Of a stretch of 64,000 bases of DNA, positions 25,996 through 38,600 are shown in pieces. How positions within the stretch are numbered: the stretch's first letter is position 1; the number at the start of each line of letters is the position of its first letter. The notes beneath the pieces were generated by a model, which ran no database searches, was not told the DNA's origin, and saw nothing but the letters and a program-made list of their open reading frames with translations. Origin of the DNA: Macrostomum lignano (Eukaryota); the NCBI GenBank assembly GCA_002269645.1, contig NIVC01000768.1, forward strand, positions 124,001 to 188,000, given 5' to 3'. The translations under genes were made by a program, and so were the position numbers.

Positions 25996-26271
25996 TAACT
26001 GCCATTTTTCTCTTCACGCTTTTTTATTGATTCACTCTGTCACTGATCCTACTTCCACAAGTTCAATCAAGACACAACAGTAACAGGATAGAAGAAACCA
26101 GTAATATTTATACAGTAGCTTACTAACAAAATTGCCAATAAGATGGAATACGAAGCTTTTTTAGACAATTAAAAAATAATAAAGCGGATGCGCGCACTCA
26201 CTACTGCTATCAGTAGTTGAATCAGATTTTCTAGGTAATGCAGACTAATTATTAATTAAAGAGTTGAGAAG

Positions 26272-26463
26272 CTACATAGGCGGCGGGGCGGCATCGCTGA
26301 TGGGGCTGATGATGCTGAGCAGAGTGACTGGCGGATGGCCGGGCTCAGAGCCTTGCATGTAGCCCAGCACCATGACTAGCGGGATGTAGCCGTAGTAGAA
26401 GGCCAGTCGGCACAGGCCAACCAGGTTCATGATGCGCTTAGCGATGGTCTGAGTGACTGACAT
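26272..26463 (-). CDS. TOMM7: Mitochondrial import receptor subunit TOM7
   Basis: FYYGYIPLVMVLGYMQGSEPGHPPVTLLSI matches the Tom7 pattern. Confidence 0.85.
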   Translation of the reverse strand: MSVTQTIAKRIMNLVGLCRLAFYYGYIPLVMVLGYMQGSEPGHPPVTLLSIISPISDAAPPPM

Positions 26464-26569
26464 GTCCGGGTTCGAATTTCTGAGCATGAATGTGCGCGCG
26501 ATTTTTATATTATTAATATACTAATACAAAATATTCATAGCGACATACAATCCCAAACAAAAAATCAAA

Positions 26570-27050
26570 TGGGATAAAATCCCTAAAGTTACCCCGGCCA
26601 GCAGGACAAAATCCCTAATGGGATAAGATCCCTGATGAGATAAGATCCCTAATGGGATGAGATCCCTAGTGAGATAAAATCCCTAATGGGATAAGATCCC
26701 TAATGAGATAAGCCCTAATGAGATAAGCCCTAATGGGATAAGATCCCTAATGAGATTAATGGGATAAGATCCCTAATGAGATTAATGGGATAAGATCCCT
26801 AATGAGATAAGATCCATAATTGAATAAGATCCCTAATGAGATAGGATCTCTAATGGGATAAGATCCCTAATGGGATAAGATCCCTAATTGGATAAGATCT
26901 CTAATGGGATAAGATCCCTAATGGGATAAGATCCCTAATTGGATAAGATCCCCAATGAGATAAGATTCCTAATGGGATAAGATCCCTAATGGGATGAGAT
27001 CCCTAATGAGGTAAGATCCCCAATGGATAAGATACATAATTAGACAAAAT
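26570..27050. repeat. 17-bp satellite (AAGATCCCTAATGGGAT)
   Basis: Direct inspection. Confidence 0.95.
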
Positions 27051-27574
27051 CCAAAGCCATCATATATATATCTCTAATAGAATAAAATCTCATCCTAATG
27101 CCTAATAGGATAAAATGGAACCAACCAGTGATTACACCCGCAGTGCTATCAGCAGTCGCAATCTCGCAGTTCGCAATCAGACCAGGTCAAAGGATATATT
27201 TATTGTACAATAAAACTGGTTCCAACGAGTACACACTAATAGGATGAAGACGAAAATGCATAATTATAAATAAACTATTAGTTTCAACCAGACAATACGG
27301 TAGCAGGTTTACATAAGAATACTCTATTATAAAATAATTTAACTAACCAGCCAGCAACTGCAGCGTACAGCACACTGTTGCATTGCATAAATGCTGGGTT
27401 TTTATTAAAGCACACAAAAAGGCATACCACTGTAGCTAAAATGGCTCAGTAGGTTTATTAACAATAGCCATTCTACACAAATATTCAATAGTTCCCTAAA
27501 TTATTTTCAGCATCAAAATACTACACTTCGACAGTTTGAAAACGTACGAGTAGTTAGGCCAAGCTTGAGGATGG

Positions 27575-27945
27575 AACTCACTCTGGAACTGATTCCGAAC
27601 TCACTCGAACTGATTCCGAACTCACTCTGGAACTGATTCCGAACTCACTCGAACTGATTCCAAAATCACTCTGGAACTGATTCCGAACTCACTCTGGAAC
27701 TGATTCCGAACTCACTCTGGAACCAATTCCGAACTCACTCTGGAACCAATTCTAAACGCACTCTGGAACCAATTCCGAACTCACTCTGGAACCAATTCCG
27801 AACCCACTCTGGAACCAATTCTGAACTCACTCTGGAACCAATTCCGAAGTCACTCTGAAACAAATTCCGAAATCGGTCTGGAACCAATTCCAAACTCACT
27901 CTGGAACCAATTCCGAACTCGGTCTGGAACCAATTCTGAACTGTG
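27575..27945. repeat. 23-bp satellite (CTCACTCTGGAACCAATTCCGAA)
   Basis: Direct inspection. Confidence 0.95.
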
Positions 27946-28042
27946 AAATCAACTCCCTCAATTTTTGCACAAAGTTGAATTCGCGCGCAAAAATATCTAG
28001 CTATAAGAGCAATCCGTTATCGATCGATAATCGCATCCAATT

Positions 28043-31000
28043 TCAATCCGCATCGGCGCCGCTATTTGCCGCATTCCCGTCTTCGCCGTTCAGCTGCAGT
28101 CGTCGTCGTCGACTAGCCGTCGCCTGGGCCAATTTTACCGACAGCGCCGCTAGCGCCACATTGAAGTCCTCGTCAGTCACGTAGCGCCTACCACCGGCCA
28201 GCCTGGCGTTGAGCTTGGCCTCCTCAACCAGCTGGCTGAGCTCGGCGCCGCTCAGTCCCCGGCACCTGCCATCGTCGGCAATCCTAGCCAGCGTAGACAT
28301 CCGGTCGACACCGTCGCCGAATGGCGGCTTAGTTCGAGTCAGCGCGGCTAGAACTTCGAGACGTTCGGCGGAAGACTGCGGCTTTCGCACGACGATAGTC
28401 TTACCCAGGCGGCCCGGCCGGCGGATGGCCGCGTCAATCAAGTCCGGCCGGTTGGTGGCCGCCATGACGAACACCTGGCCGCGGCACTCCAGCCCGTCTA
28501 ATAGAGTCAGCAGCTGGTTAACCACCTGAGGTTTGTTTGGTGATAGCTTGAAGCAGGTTTATTGTATCAACCCGACGATGAAATTAAATTAGCCTTGTGG
28601 CTTTCGGCGTTCCACCAATTAAAGACGACATCCTCTTTTCTTTTGCTCACTGCGCCAGCCAATAGCAACCCTGGCCCACCCCAATCTTTCCTACCCATCC
28701 ATTTGCTCACTGCGCCAGCCAATAGCAACCCTGGCCCACCCCCATCTTTCCTACCCATCCATTTGCTCACTGCGCCAGCCAATAGCAGCCCTGGACCACC
28801 CCCATCTTTCCCTACCTTGCTGCTTGCCAGCCAATCATAATTAAGAAAACTCACCGTAGAATGAGCCCCTGTGTCGCTGCCCCGATGGGCGCAAACCGCG
28901 TCGATCTCATCGAAGAACACTAGACAGGGCTGGCAGGCTCTGGCATTCTCGAACAGCACGCGCAGCGCCCGTTCGCTTTCGCCCAGATATTTATCGAATA
29001 TCTCCGGCCCTTTCACGCTCATAAAGTTCAATCCGGCTTCGTTGCTCAACGCTTTGGCCAGTAAAGTTTTGCCACAGCCGGGCTCGCCAACTAGTAGCAG
29101 ACCGTCGGCTTTTTGGCCAATAGCCTCAGCGCCTTCTGGGTCCAGCACCAGCGACATGAATGTCTGGCGGATCTCGCGCTTAGCTTCGAAACAGCCGCCA
29201 ATATCCTCCCAGCTGACGTCCGGGATGCGAACAAAGTGCGGCTTCTGCTTCGCCAACGGCAGCACCCGATCGAAGGCAGACTGGAGGCGAGCCGAGTCTA
29301 ATTCGAGAGCAGCTGGCTCGGTGCCAGGTGAGGCTGCAGCGGCTGGTTGGGGCGAGGGAGGGGTGGGGGCGGCTCTGTGTGACTGGTTCGGTTTTTAAGG
29401 GACTTTTATTTCGATATTCAGCACGCGAATGGAAGAATCGCCCTTTACTCTCAATCTCTCATTGAACAATCGCCCTCTACTCTCATTGGAGAATCGCCCT
29501 TTACTCTCTTTGAAGAATCACCCTCTACTCTCATTGATGAATCGACCTCTACTCTCTTTGAAGAATCGCGCTCTACTCTCTTAGAAGAATCGCCCTCTAC
29601 TCTCATTGATGAATCGACCTCTACTCTAATTGATCAATCGCGTTCTACTCTTATTGAAGAATCGCCCTCTTCTCTCCTTGAAGAATCGCCTTCTACTCTC
29701 ATAGGAGAATCGACCTCTAATTTCATAGGAGAATCGACCTCTAATCTCATTGGAGAATCGCCCTCTAATCTCATTGGAGAATCGCCCTCTGCTCTCATTG
29801 GAGAATCGCCCTCTAATCTCATAGGAGAATCGTCCTCTACTCTCCTATAATCTAGCACAATGGACTCACAAAGAGAATCGCCAAAGTCTCGCATCAGCTT
29901 GGCGATCCGCTGGTAGCCGCTATCTTCGCCGTCAACGCCGCCGCCCCCGCTGTGAGGCAGTCGCAGGGAAACGTGCGCATCTTCCACCGCCTCCCGGACC
30001 AGCTGCTTCAAATCGCCAACATTGAATCCAACAGTTCTCAGAGAGCAGGATTCCAACAGATCGGAGCCGCTGCAGTCCAGCAGTCGGACCCCGGCCGAAG
30101 CGAACAGCTGACTGAGACAGGCGGCGCGTTGGCGCCGATCCAACAAGCCGAGGCGGACAACTTTGCGGAAGGCGCACAACAGACCGTCGTCCATGTCGGT
30201 CAGGGCGGAGCTGGACTCGCCAATTAACAATACGCGGGTGCCGACGAACTCAGGCAGACAGTTGAGCAGAGCTCGGCGGCAGGCGGCCAGAGGCTTGTTG
30301 GCCTCGGAGACGGTGGACAGTCGGTCGACGCTGTGCAGCAACAGCAGGCAGGGCTGGGCGGCAGTGGCTTTGGACAGCACAGCTTGCCACATCGCTGCCG
30401 CGGCTTCGGCAGTTTTGCCAGCGAACCAGTCTAGGTGCAGCTCGCATAGGGGCATGCCTGAGAGCTGGTTAAAATTTCAGTGAAGCTGGGGATCAATGGG
30501 GAATAGTGCTCAGATAAAGCTGGGGATCAATGGGGAATAGTGCTCAGATAAAGCTGGGGATCAATGGGGAATAGTGCTCAGATAAAGCTGGGGATCAATG
30601 GGGAATAGTGCTCAGATAAAGCTGGGGATCAATGGGGAATAGTGCTCAGATAAAGCTGGGGATCAATGGGGAATAGTGCTCAGATAAAGCTGGGGATCAA
30701 TGGGGAATAGTGCTCAGATAAAACTGAGGATCAATGGGGAATAGTGCTCAGATAAAGCTGGGGATCAATGGGGAATAGTGCTCAGATAAAGCTGGGGATC
30801 AATGGAGAATAGTGCTCAGATAAAACTGAGGATCAATGGAGAATAGTGCTCAGATAAAGTTAGCGATCGATGGAAGATCCATGCCACAATAGAAAACACA
30901 ATCATCAGACGATTTTTTGAAAGACTTACAGCGGCCACGGCCCGAACCAGAGTGGTTTTTCCGCTCTTTGGCGAGCCGAGCACGAAGCAGCCCTGCAGCT

Positions 31001-32819
31001 CTTCGGTGACCAGCGAGGGCGGGCAGGACAGGGCGGCCACTGCTACGCGACACAGGGCCTGCGGGTGAGCAATGAGGTGGCGGAGGTGAACTTAAGCTAG
31101 GTGTTTAAAAGAAGAGTTGTTGGAAGACTAATTCTGGCCTTTTGGGGTGGTTGAGGCACCATTTCTGCGACTATTTTATAGCTGATGCGCGATTTCTGTG
31201 GGGATAATTCATGGGATATTTACATGGGGATAATTGATGGGGCGATACCCATGGGGAAAAAATGGGAAATTTCCATTGGGATAATTAATGAGCGATTCCT
31301 ATGGAGATAATTAATGGGAAATTCCCATGAGGATAACTGATGGGAAATTTCCATGCGGATATTTATGGGGGAGATTTCCATGGGGACAATTGATGGGAGA
31401 TTTCCATGGGGATAATTGATGGGAGATTTCCGTTGGGATACTTGATTGGAGATTTCAGTTGGGACAATAGACGGGCAATTTTACGGGAATTTCCATGGGG
31501 ATAATTGATAGAAGATTTCTATGGATAGTAAGGGTTAACTTCTAGACTGGAGCAGCTTAAGGAAGATTTCTAACATCTAAACCGATAAGATTAGGGAAGA
31601 TCTGATAATTATTAACCGCCCAATCATCGACGCAGCCCCAGCGCTAAGAACTTGCCATCAGCTCCTCATGGAACAGGTCCTTGAACAGCGCCTCCGAATT
31701 CAACTGCGGCACGCTAAATTCCAGCTCCATCTCGTCCACCAGCCGAGTGGCCAGGCTTCTCCGTTCAACTGACGAAACCGCCGCCGCCGCTCCTGCTGGC
31801 TCGTCGGATTTGCGCAGACGACGCCGACGCTTCGACGGAGGAGGCAGCGGTGTAGCCGACGATGACGCGATGTCGTCGCCGTTGTCCACCGGCTCCAGAT
31901 CGTCGTGTTCATCGCCGGTAGTTGCTATCGAAGTCGGCGTGGCGTGATTGCCGGAGGCGGCTGCTGCGGTTTCGCGAATTCTGCGCAGACTGGCTTCGTT
32001 GAGACTGCTGCGGTAGTCCTGGGGAAAACAGCAGAAAAATAGATTTGTTCTTTAATTTCTTCCGCTTAATTATCAGCTTTAAAACAGTAGGAATACCAAA
32101 CCAGGGGGGGGGGGGATCTCCCCTCAGCTTAGTCGCCAGCCCTTCGGACCGTCTAAATATTCAACAATTCTGCCAGAGGGTCGAATTTTTCCCATAAGCG
32201 CCAGTGTATTCAATGCACCCCTGTGCAGCGTGCACCAATCAGCACTGCGCCTCAGTGCGGCCTTGCTAAGCCTCCAAATTTCACCAGCACGTCGACCACA
32301 GGTGTCTGCACCAGAGATGCCATCGCCTTCCCAGGGGTGCCATCGCTATCCCAGGGGCGCCATCGCTATCCTAAGGGCGCCATCGCTATCCCCAAGATCG
32401 CTATCCCCAAGAGCGCCATCGCTATCCCAAGGGGTGCCATCGCTGTCCCAGGGGTGCCATCGCTGTCCCAGGGGTGAATAAGTAAGTAAGTAAGTAATCC
32501 GCGTACTAACCGCGATCAAGCCTGCTTAACTTAACAGCTCTGAACTTGGAATTTCGTCGTTAAGAACTCACCGGCTCTTCAATATATTCGCCGCCAGAGA
32601 AGTCCATATACCAGTCTCCGCCATCATCGCCATTATTATTATCGCAGCCGGAGCCGGGCAGACGCCAGCCCCGTTGCTTAGCAACCTGAACAAATTTCAA
32701 TGCTTTAATAGCGTCCTTGCGCCAGTGCTTCTCTTTGCGACGGTGAAATTCGCTGGATAAGAAAATTACGCGAAATTGCATAAAAAGATGCCAATAAATC
32801 ATACATGCTACTGTCATTA

Positions 32820-32855
<36 letters not shown>

Positions 32856-33784
32856 AAAATCCGCACACTTACGCGTTGTTTCCGTGAATGTAGTTGATAA
32901 ATGCTTGCGTATCACCAGTAGGATGCTTTATAACAAACTGCGGGATTAACAAAAAAATGTGGTAATGTTTTTATAATGCTATATGCTATTTTATTTAGTT
33001 ATTCCGCTATTTAAGACACTGCATAGCTCAACGCGACTCTTGGGCCTCGGCTCAAACTAACCACTTCAAAATACTTTCATTGGGCATCTGTTCAGCGCTT
33101 TTTGTTTAAATTTGCGCGTAACAAAAAAAAATTGACTCTTAGACTATTAATAAAATTATAATTTTTGTCTACCCTTTGGCACCAAAAACCAACACATCTA
33201 AGGTGTCACATTGAGGATCTAAGAAGAATATCGAGGATCTAGGAAGGTAACAGAGGATCTAGGAAATTGATTTAAGGATCTAGGAAATTGATTGAGGATC
33301 TAGGAAGGTGATTGAGGATCTGAGAAGGTGATTAGAGGATCTGGAAAGATGATTGAGGATCTGTGAAGGTGATTAAGAATATGGGAAGATGATTGAGGAA
33401 CTGTGAAGATGAGTAAGGATCTGGGAAGATGATTGAGGAACTGTGAAGATGAGTAAGGATCTGGGAAGATGATTGAGGATCTGGGAAGGTAATTCAGGAT
33501 CTGGGAAGGTAATTCAGGATCTGGGAATGTGATTTGAGGGTTCTGGAAAGGTGATTGAGGATCTGGGAAGGTAATTTTGGATCTGGGAATGTGATTTGAG
33601 GGTTCTGGAAAGGTGATTGAGGATCTTGGATAGCAAGTGGCAAATCTGGTGACTGCTGATTACATACCTGTATGTGAAAAAAGGTTCAAAATAAACATTT
33701 TCATTCACTCACCTGATGCGCCACTCGCAACAGGCCGCGATTTTTATCGTTAATCTGCGGCGGCTTATAGCTGGACGGGGTCAT
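28043..33784 (-). CDS. NVL: Nuclear VCP-like AAA+ ATPase (NVL/Rix7 family) with degenerate D1
   Basis: Exons 33784-33713, 32937-32873, 32752-32572, 32018-~31655, 31090-30930, 30464-29870, ~29342-28855 and 28525-28043. N-terminus EFHRRKEKHWR; D2 motifs GEPGCGKTLLAKALSNEAGLNF, FFDEID and RRPGRL. Confidence 0.85.
28640..28830. repeat. 60-bp unit x3 in an NVL intron
   Basis: Direct inspection. Confidence 0.9.
29430..29860. repeat. 24-bp minisatellite in an NVL intron
   Basis: Unit GAAGAATCGCCCTCTACTCTCATT. Confidence 0.93.
30483..30860. repeat. 34-bp minisatellite in an NVL intron
   Basis: Unit ATAAAGCTGGGGATCAATGGGGAATAGTGCTCAG. Confidence 0.97.
31195..31530. repeat. Degenerate ~26-bp satellite in an NVL intron
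   Basis: Recurring CCATGGGGATAATTGATGGGA motif. Confidence 0.8.
32320..32475. repeat. 20-bp satellite in an NVL intron
   Basis: Unit CCAGGGGTGCCATCGCTATC. Confidence 0.9.
33220..33630. repeat. ~20-bp satellite in NVL intron 1
   Basis: Unit GAGGATCTGGGAAGGTGATT. Confidence 0.93.
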
Positions 33785-34289
33785 TTCATTAATAATTTTA
33801 ATTAATGAAAAGCAACAGACAGAATTCGGGCTTTAAACTAGCTTAGCAACCAGCAGAAATTGTGATTGTGATAATTATTGATATTGAACATACACAATAT
33901 TAGTTGCTATAATATATTATAGTATATTACTACGTATCAATAATTGAGTTAAACTACGAAAGCAAAGTCGGAAAAGTAATAAACACAATATATCGCATTT
34001 ATTATTGATTAAAAACGTTAACAAAATGCATGAAGTTTAAAAAATAGGGACGGAAACTGCAGATTATACACATTATACACAGACTCAATATACGAGTCTG
34101 TGTCGTATAAGTCTCGTATAAGCAAGTGTGGAAATTTTGATCATCCTCGATGCAAACAGAATGGTAAGTTTTATTTATCCCTTTAGGTTTAAACAATGAC
34201 ATCAATAAAGCTGTTGAGCTATATGCTACAGATTGCTTCAGATTTTTTTCAATGATTTATGGTCAACATTTTAACTTTTAACTCGTTAA

Positions 34290-35560
34290 GGATGTGCCAC
34301 TCGAGTTTATGATGTCCGAATCTAGTTTAGGATGTCCCATTCTGATTTAGGATGTCCCACTTTAGTTTAGGATGTCCCACTCCAGTTTAGAATGTCCCAT
34401 TCAGGTTTAGGAAGTCCCACTCCAGTTTAGAATGTCCCATTCAGGTTTAGGATGTCCCACTCCAGTTTAGAATGTCCCACTCCAGTTTAGAATGTCCCAC
34501 TCCAGTTAAGGATGTCCCACTCCAGTTTATGATGTCCCATTCTGGTTTAGGATGTCCCACTCCAGTTTAGAATGTCCCACTCCAGTTCAGAATGTCCCGC
34601 TCCAGTTTAGGATGTCCCACTCCAGTTTAGAATGTCCCACTCCAGTTTAGGATGTCCCATTCTGGTTTAGGATGTCCTACTCCAGTTTAGGATGTCCCAT
34701 TCTGGTTTAGGATGTCCCACTCCAGTTTAGGATGTCCCACTCCAGTTTAGGATGTCCCACTCCAGTTTAGGATGTCCCACTCCAGTTTAGAATGTCCCGC
34801 TCCAGTTTAGGATGTCCCACTCCAGTTTAGGATGTCCCACTCCAGTTTAGGATGTCCCATTCTGGTTTAGGATGTCCTACTCCAGTTTAGGATGTCCCAT
34901 TCAGGTTTAGGATGTCCCACTCCAGTTTAGAATGTCCCACTCCAGTTTAGGATGTCCCACTCCAGTTTAGGATGTCCCACTCCAGTTTAGGATGTCCCAC
35001 TCCAGTTTAGGATGTCCCACTCCAGTTTAGAATGTCCCACTCCAGTTTAGAATGTCCCACTCCAGTTTAGGATGTCCCACTCCAGTTTAGGATGTCCCAC
35101 TCCAGTTTAGGATGTCCCACTCCAGTTTAGAATGTCCCACTCCAGTTTATGATGTCCCATTCTGGTTTAGGATGTCCCACTCCAGTTTAGGATGTCCCAC
35201 TCCAGTTTAGGATGTCCCAACTCCAGTTTAGGATGTCCAACTCCAGTTTAGAATGTCCCACTCCAGTTTAGAATGTCCCACTCCAGTTTAGGATGTCCCA
35301 CTCCAGTTTAGAATGTCCCACTCCAGTTTAGGATGTCCCACTCCAGTTTAGAATGTCCCACTCCAGTTTAGAATGTCCTATTCTGGTTTAGGATGTCCCA
35401 CTCTAGTTTAGAATGTCCCACTCCAGTTTAGGATGTCCCACTCCAGTTTAGAATGTCCCACTCCAGTTTAGAATGTCCTATTCTGGTTTAGGATGTCCCA
35501 CTCTAGTTTAGAATGTCCCACTCCAGTTTAGGATGTCCCATTGTGGTTTAGGATGTGCCA
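34290..35560. repeat. 20-bp satellite just downstream of the TUBD1 stop
   Basis: Unit GGATGTCCCACTCCAGTTTA. Confidence 0.98.
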
Positions 35561-35601
35561 TTCTCAGTCCCATAGTAGCTATCGTAAAAACGCAGGTTCA
35601 G

Positions 35602-38600
35602 CTACAGATTTCGATAATTAAAGACCGTCTGCTCGGCCGCGGCAAAGCAGTCTAAGAAGGCGGCCTCCTCCAACCCGAACCGGGCGTACTGATGCACGAA
35701 CGCTTTGGCGGCGAACATTGACCAGGCTCTGGCTATGGACCGGTCCAGCGTGTCCGCTCCGGTTGCGCAATTGGACACCAGGGCGCAGGCGCGCTCGTAG
35801 CCTCGATAGGGCCGGCCAGTGCGGCACACTGTCAGCCGGTCAGACTGCGGCAGCCAGGCCGGGTGCAGCTCCGGCAGTAGCAGGTGCTGCTCCCAGTCGG
35901 CTGGGCACAGGCTGCCGGCGCCTGGAGAATCAGTATTGGAATTGAGCAGAGCTAACTTTTTTATGGGTTAATTTTTGCTGTTTAGAAAGGAAGGTTTGGG
36001 TAATCTTGGAATATCTGGGAGGGTGGCTGAGGATCTGGGGAGGTGATTGAGGATCTGAGAAGGTTTTTGTGGACTTAGGAAGGAGATCGAGGATCTGGGG
36101 AGGTGATTAAGGATGTGAGAAGGTGATTAAGGATCTAAGGTGATTGAGGATCTAGGAAGGTGATTAAGGATCTAAGGTGATTGAGGATCTAGGAAGGTGA
36201 TTAAGGATCTAGAAAGGTCTTTGAGGATCTGGGAAGGCGATTGAGGATCTGGGAAGATGATTGAGGATCTGGGAAGGTTATTGAGGATCTAGGAAGGTGA
36301 TTAAGGATCTAAGGTGATTGAGGATCTAGGAAGGTGATTAAGGATCTAGGAAGGTGATTAAGGATCTAGGAAGGTGATTAAGGATCTAGAAAGGTCTTTG
36401 AGGATCTGGGAAGGCGATTGAGGATCTGGGAAGATGATTGAGGATCTGGGAAGGTTATTGAGGATCTGGGGAGGTGATTGAGGATCTAGGGGGGGGGGGG
36501 GGGGTTGATTGAGGATTTGGGAAGGTGATTGAGAATCTGGGAAGGTGATTGAGGATCTGGGAAGGTGATTGAGGATCTGGGAAGGTGATTGAGGATCTTG
36601 GAATGTTTTTGAGATTTAGGAGAGCAATACCCGACAAAGGGGAGATCCGGCATCCCACACGTAGGCCAGCAACTCAAACCTACCAAGTCCGCGAAGCCAC
36701 AGCCGGCTAGCAAAGCATCTCTGCCTGCCGGAGGCGGCTGTTAGAGCGGCATCCTGCCGCCAGTCGAGGCCCTCCTCAACGGCGGCGCCGGCCAGCAGCA
36801 TCTGGCGCAGATGGCGCAGCAGACCCGGCCAAGCGAAGCCGGAGAACTCCTTGGCCCGCTCGGAAGCGTAGGGCAGGCAGCGCAGCTGCAGCAGCCGCAG
36901 GTCCGGATGCGGGCAGAGACTCGCCGCTATGCCGCCAAGCGCCGGGCCCTGAGCCGCCGCGGACTGGACACCGCAGGCCGGCTGCAGGATAGCTCCAAGC
37001 TGGTGGCCAATCATCGCGTTGAGGTGGCCGACGTCGACGCGGGCTAGACCGAGGCGTCGTTCGCAGGCGTCCTGCAGGCGATCGTTTTCAAACAAAAGCA
37101 AAGCGTCACAGGCGGCAGTGAGGTGAGCTGTGGTCAGCACGCTGTTGTAGGCCTGGACAGAGACTTCGCCTCGGCTGTGCGGCCACACCAGGCCGGAGAT
37201 CTGGCGGACAGGTTAAACAGCTGCGGCGTCATTGATTGCTGTTTAATAATCAACCAGATAGAGGCAGAATTTTTTTACATTTCTAAGAAAGTAACAACCT
37301 TCCACTGAAATTTCTATAGAACCAACAACCTTCCATATGACATTTCTATAGAATCAACAACTTCCGTCTGCCATTTCTATAGAGTCAACAGCCTTCCTAT
37401 GGGCAGTTTTTATAGAACCAACAACTTTCCATTTCACATTTTAATAAAAATCAACAACCTTCCGTATGACATTTCTATAGAATCAACAACCTTCCATATG
37501 ACATTTCTATAGAATCAACAATCTTCCATATGACATTTCTATAGAATCAACAATCTTCCATATGACATTTCTGTAGAATCAACAACCTTCCATATGACAT
37601 TTCTGTAGAATCAACAACCTTTCATATGATATTTCTATAGAATCAACAACCTTCCATATGACATTTCTATAGAATCAACAACCTTCCATATGACATTTCT
37701 ATAGAACCAACAACCTTCCGTCTGACATTTCTGCAGCATCAACAACTTTACGCCATATTTTAAAATCAACATTTCGAACGATGTGTCTACAAAATTCTAT
37801 TACAACTGAAATTTTTAAGAAACAAAAATCTTACGTCAGGCACTTCTCTAAAGGATAACATCTCTGGTTCTACTTATTCCGAAAGCGATTATACGAAGAC
37901 CAAATAATTACCAAATTAGCCTCAGGATACTCGTCTCGGACTTGTTCGCACACAAACGTGCCCAGCCCGGACCCGGTGCCGCCGGCCAGGCTCATTAACG
38001 CTAGGAAGCCGTCTAGTCGATCGCTGGCTTCGGCCTGACGACGGACAATCTCGGACAGATTGGGCCAACATTTTGGGCCGTGGTGACGATAGCCCTGGAA
38101 GGCAAAATACGAGTAGATAATGGAAAATTCTGTTTTGCATAGAATTGTGCGCTATCCCTCCATTCCGTCTCAGATCTCCTTTATTCTTCTGTATTAGAGG
38201 GTGTGCTATCCTATTCTGTACTAGAGGGTGTGCTATCCTATTCTGTATTAGAGGGTGTGCTATCCTACTCTGTATTAGAGGGTGTGCTATCCTATTCTGT
38301 ATTAGAGGGTGTGCTATCCTATTCTGTATTAGAGGGTGTGCTATCCTATTCTGTATTAGAGGGTGTGCTATCCTATTCTGTACTAGAGGGTGTGCTATCC
38401 TACTCTGTATTAGAGGGTGTGCTATCCTATTCTGTATTAGAGGGTGTGCTATCCTATTCTGTACTAGAGGGTGTGCTATCCTATTCTGTATTAGAGGGTG
38501 TGCTATCCTATTCTGTACTAGAGGGTGTGCTATCCTTCTTATCTATCATACAAACTGACAAGCTTCATAGTGCATACCTGAGCCCAGTTGTTGCCAGATC

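Noticed and set aside
29634-29860. RLEGDSPM repeats as an NVL protein insertion
   Set aside because: A GTGAGT donor at 29869 precedes them and the frame ends in a stop; treated as intron.
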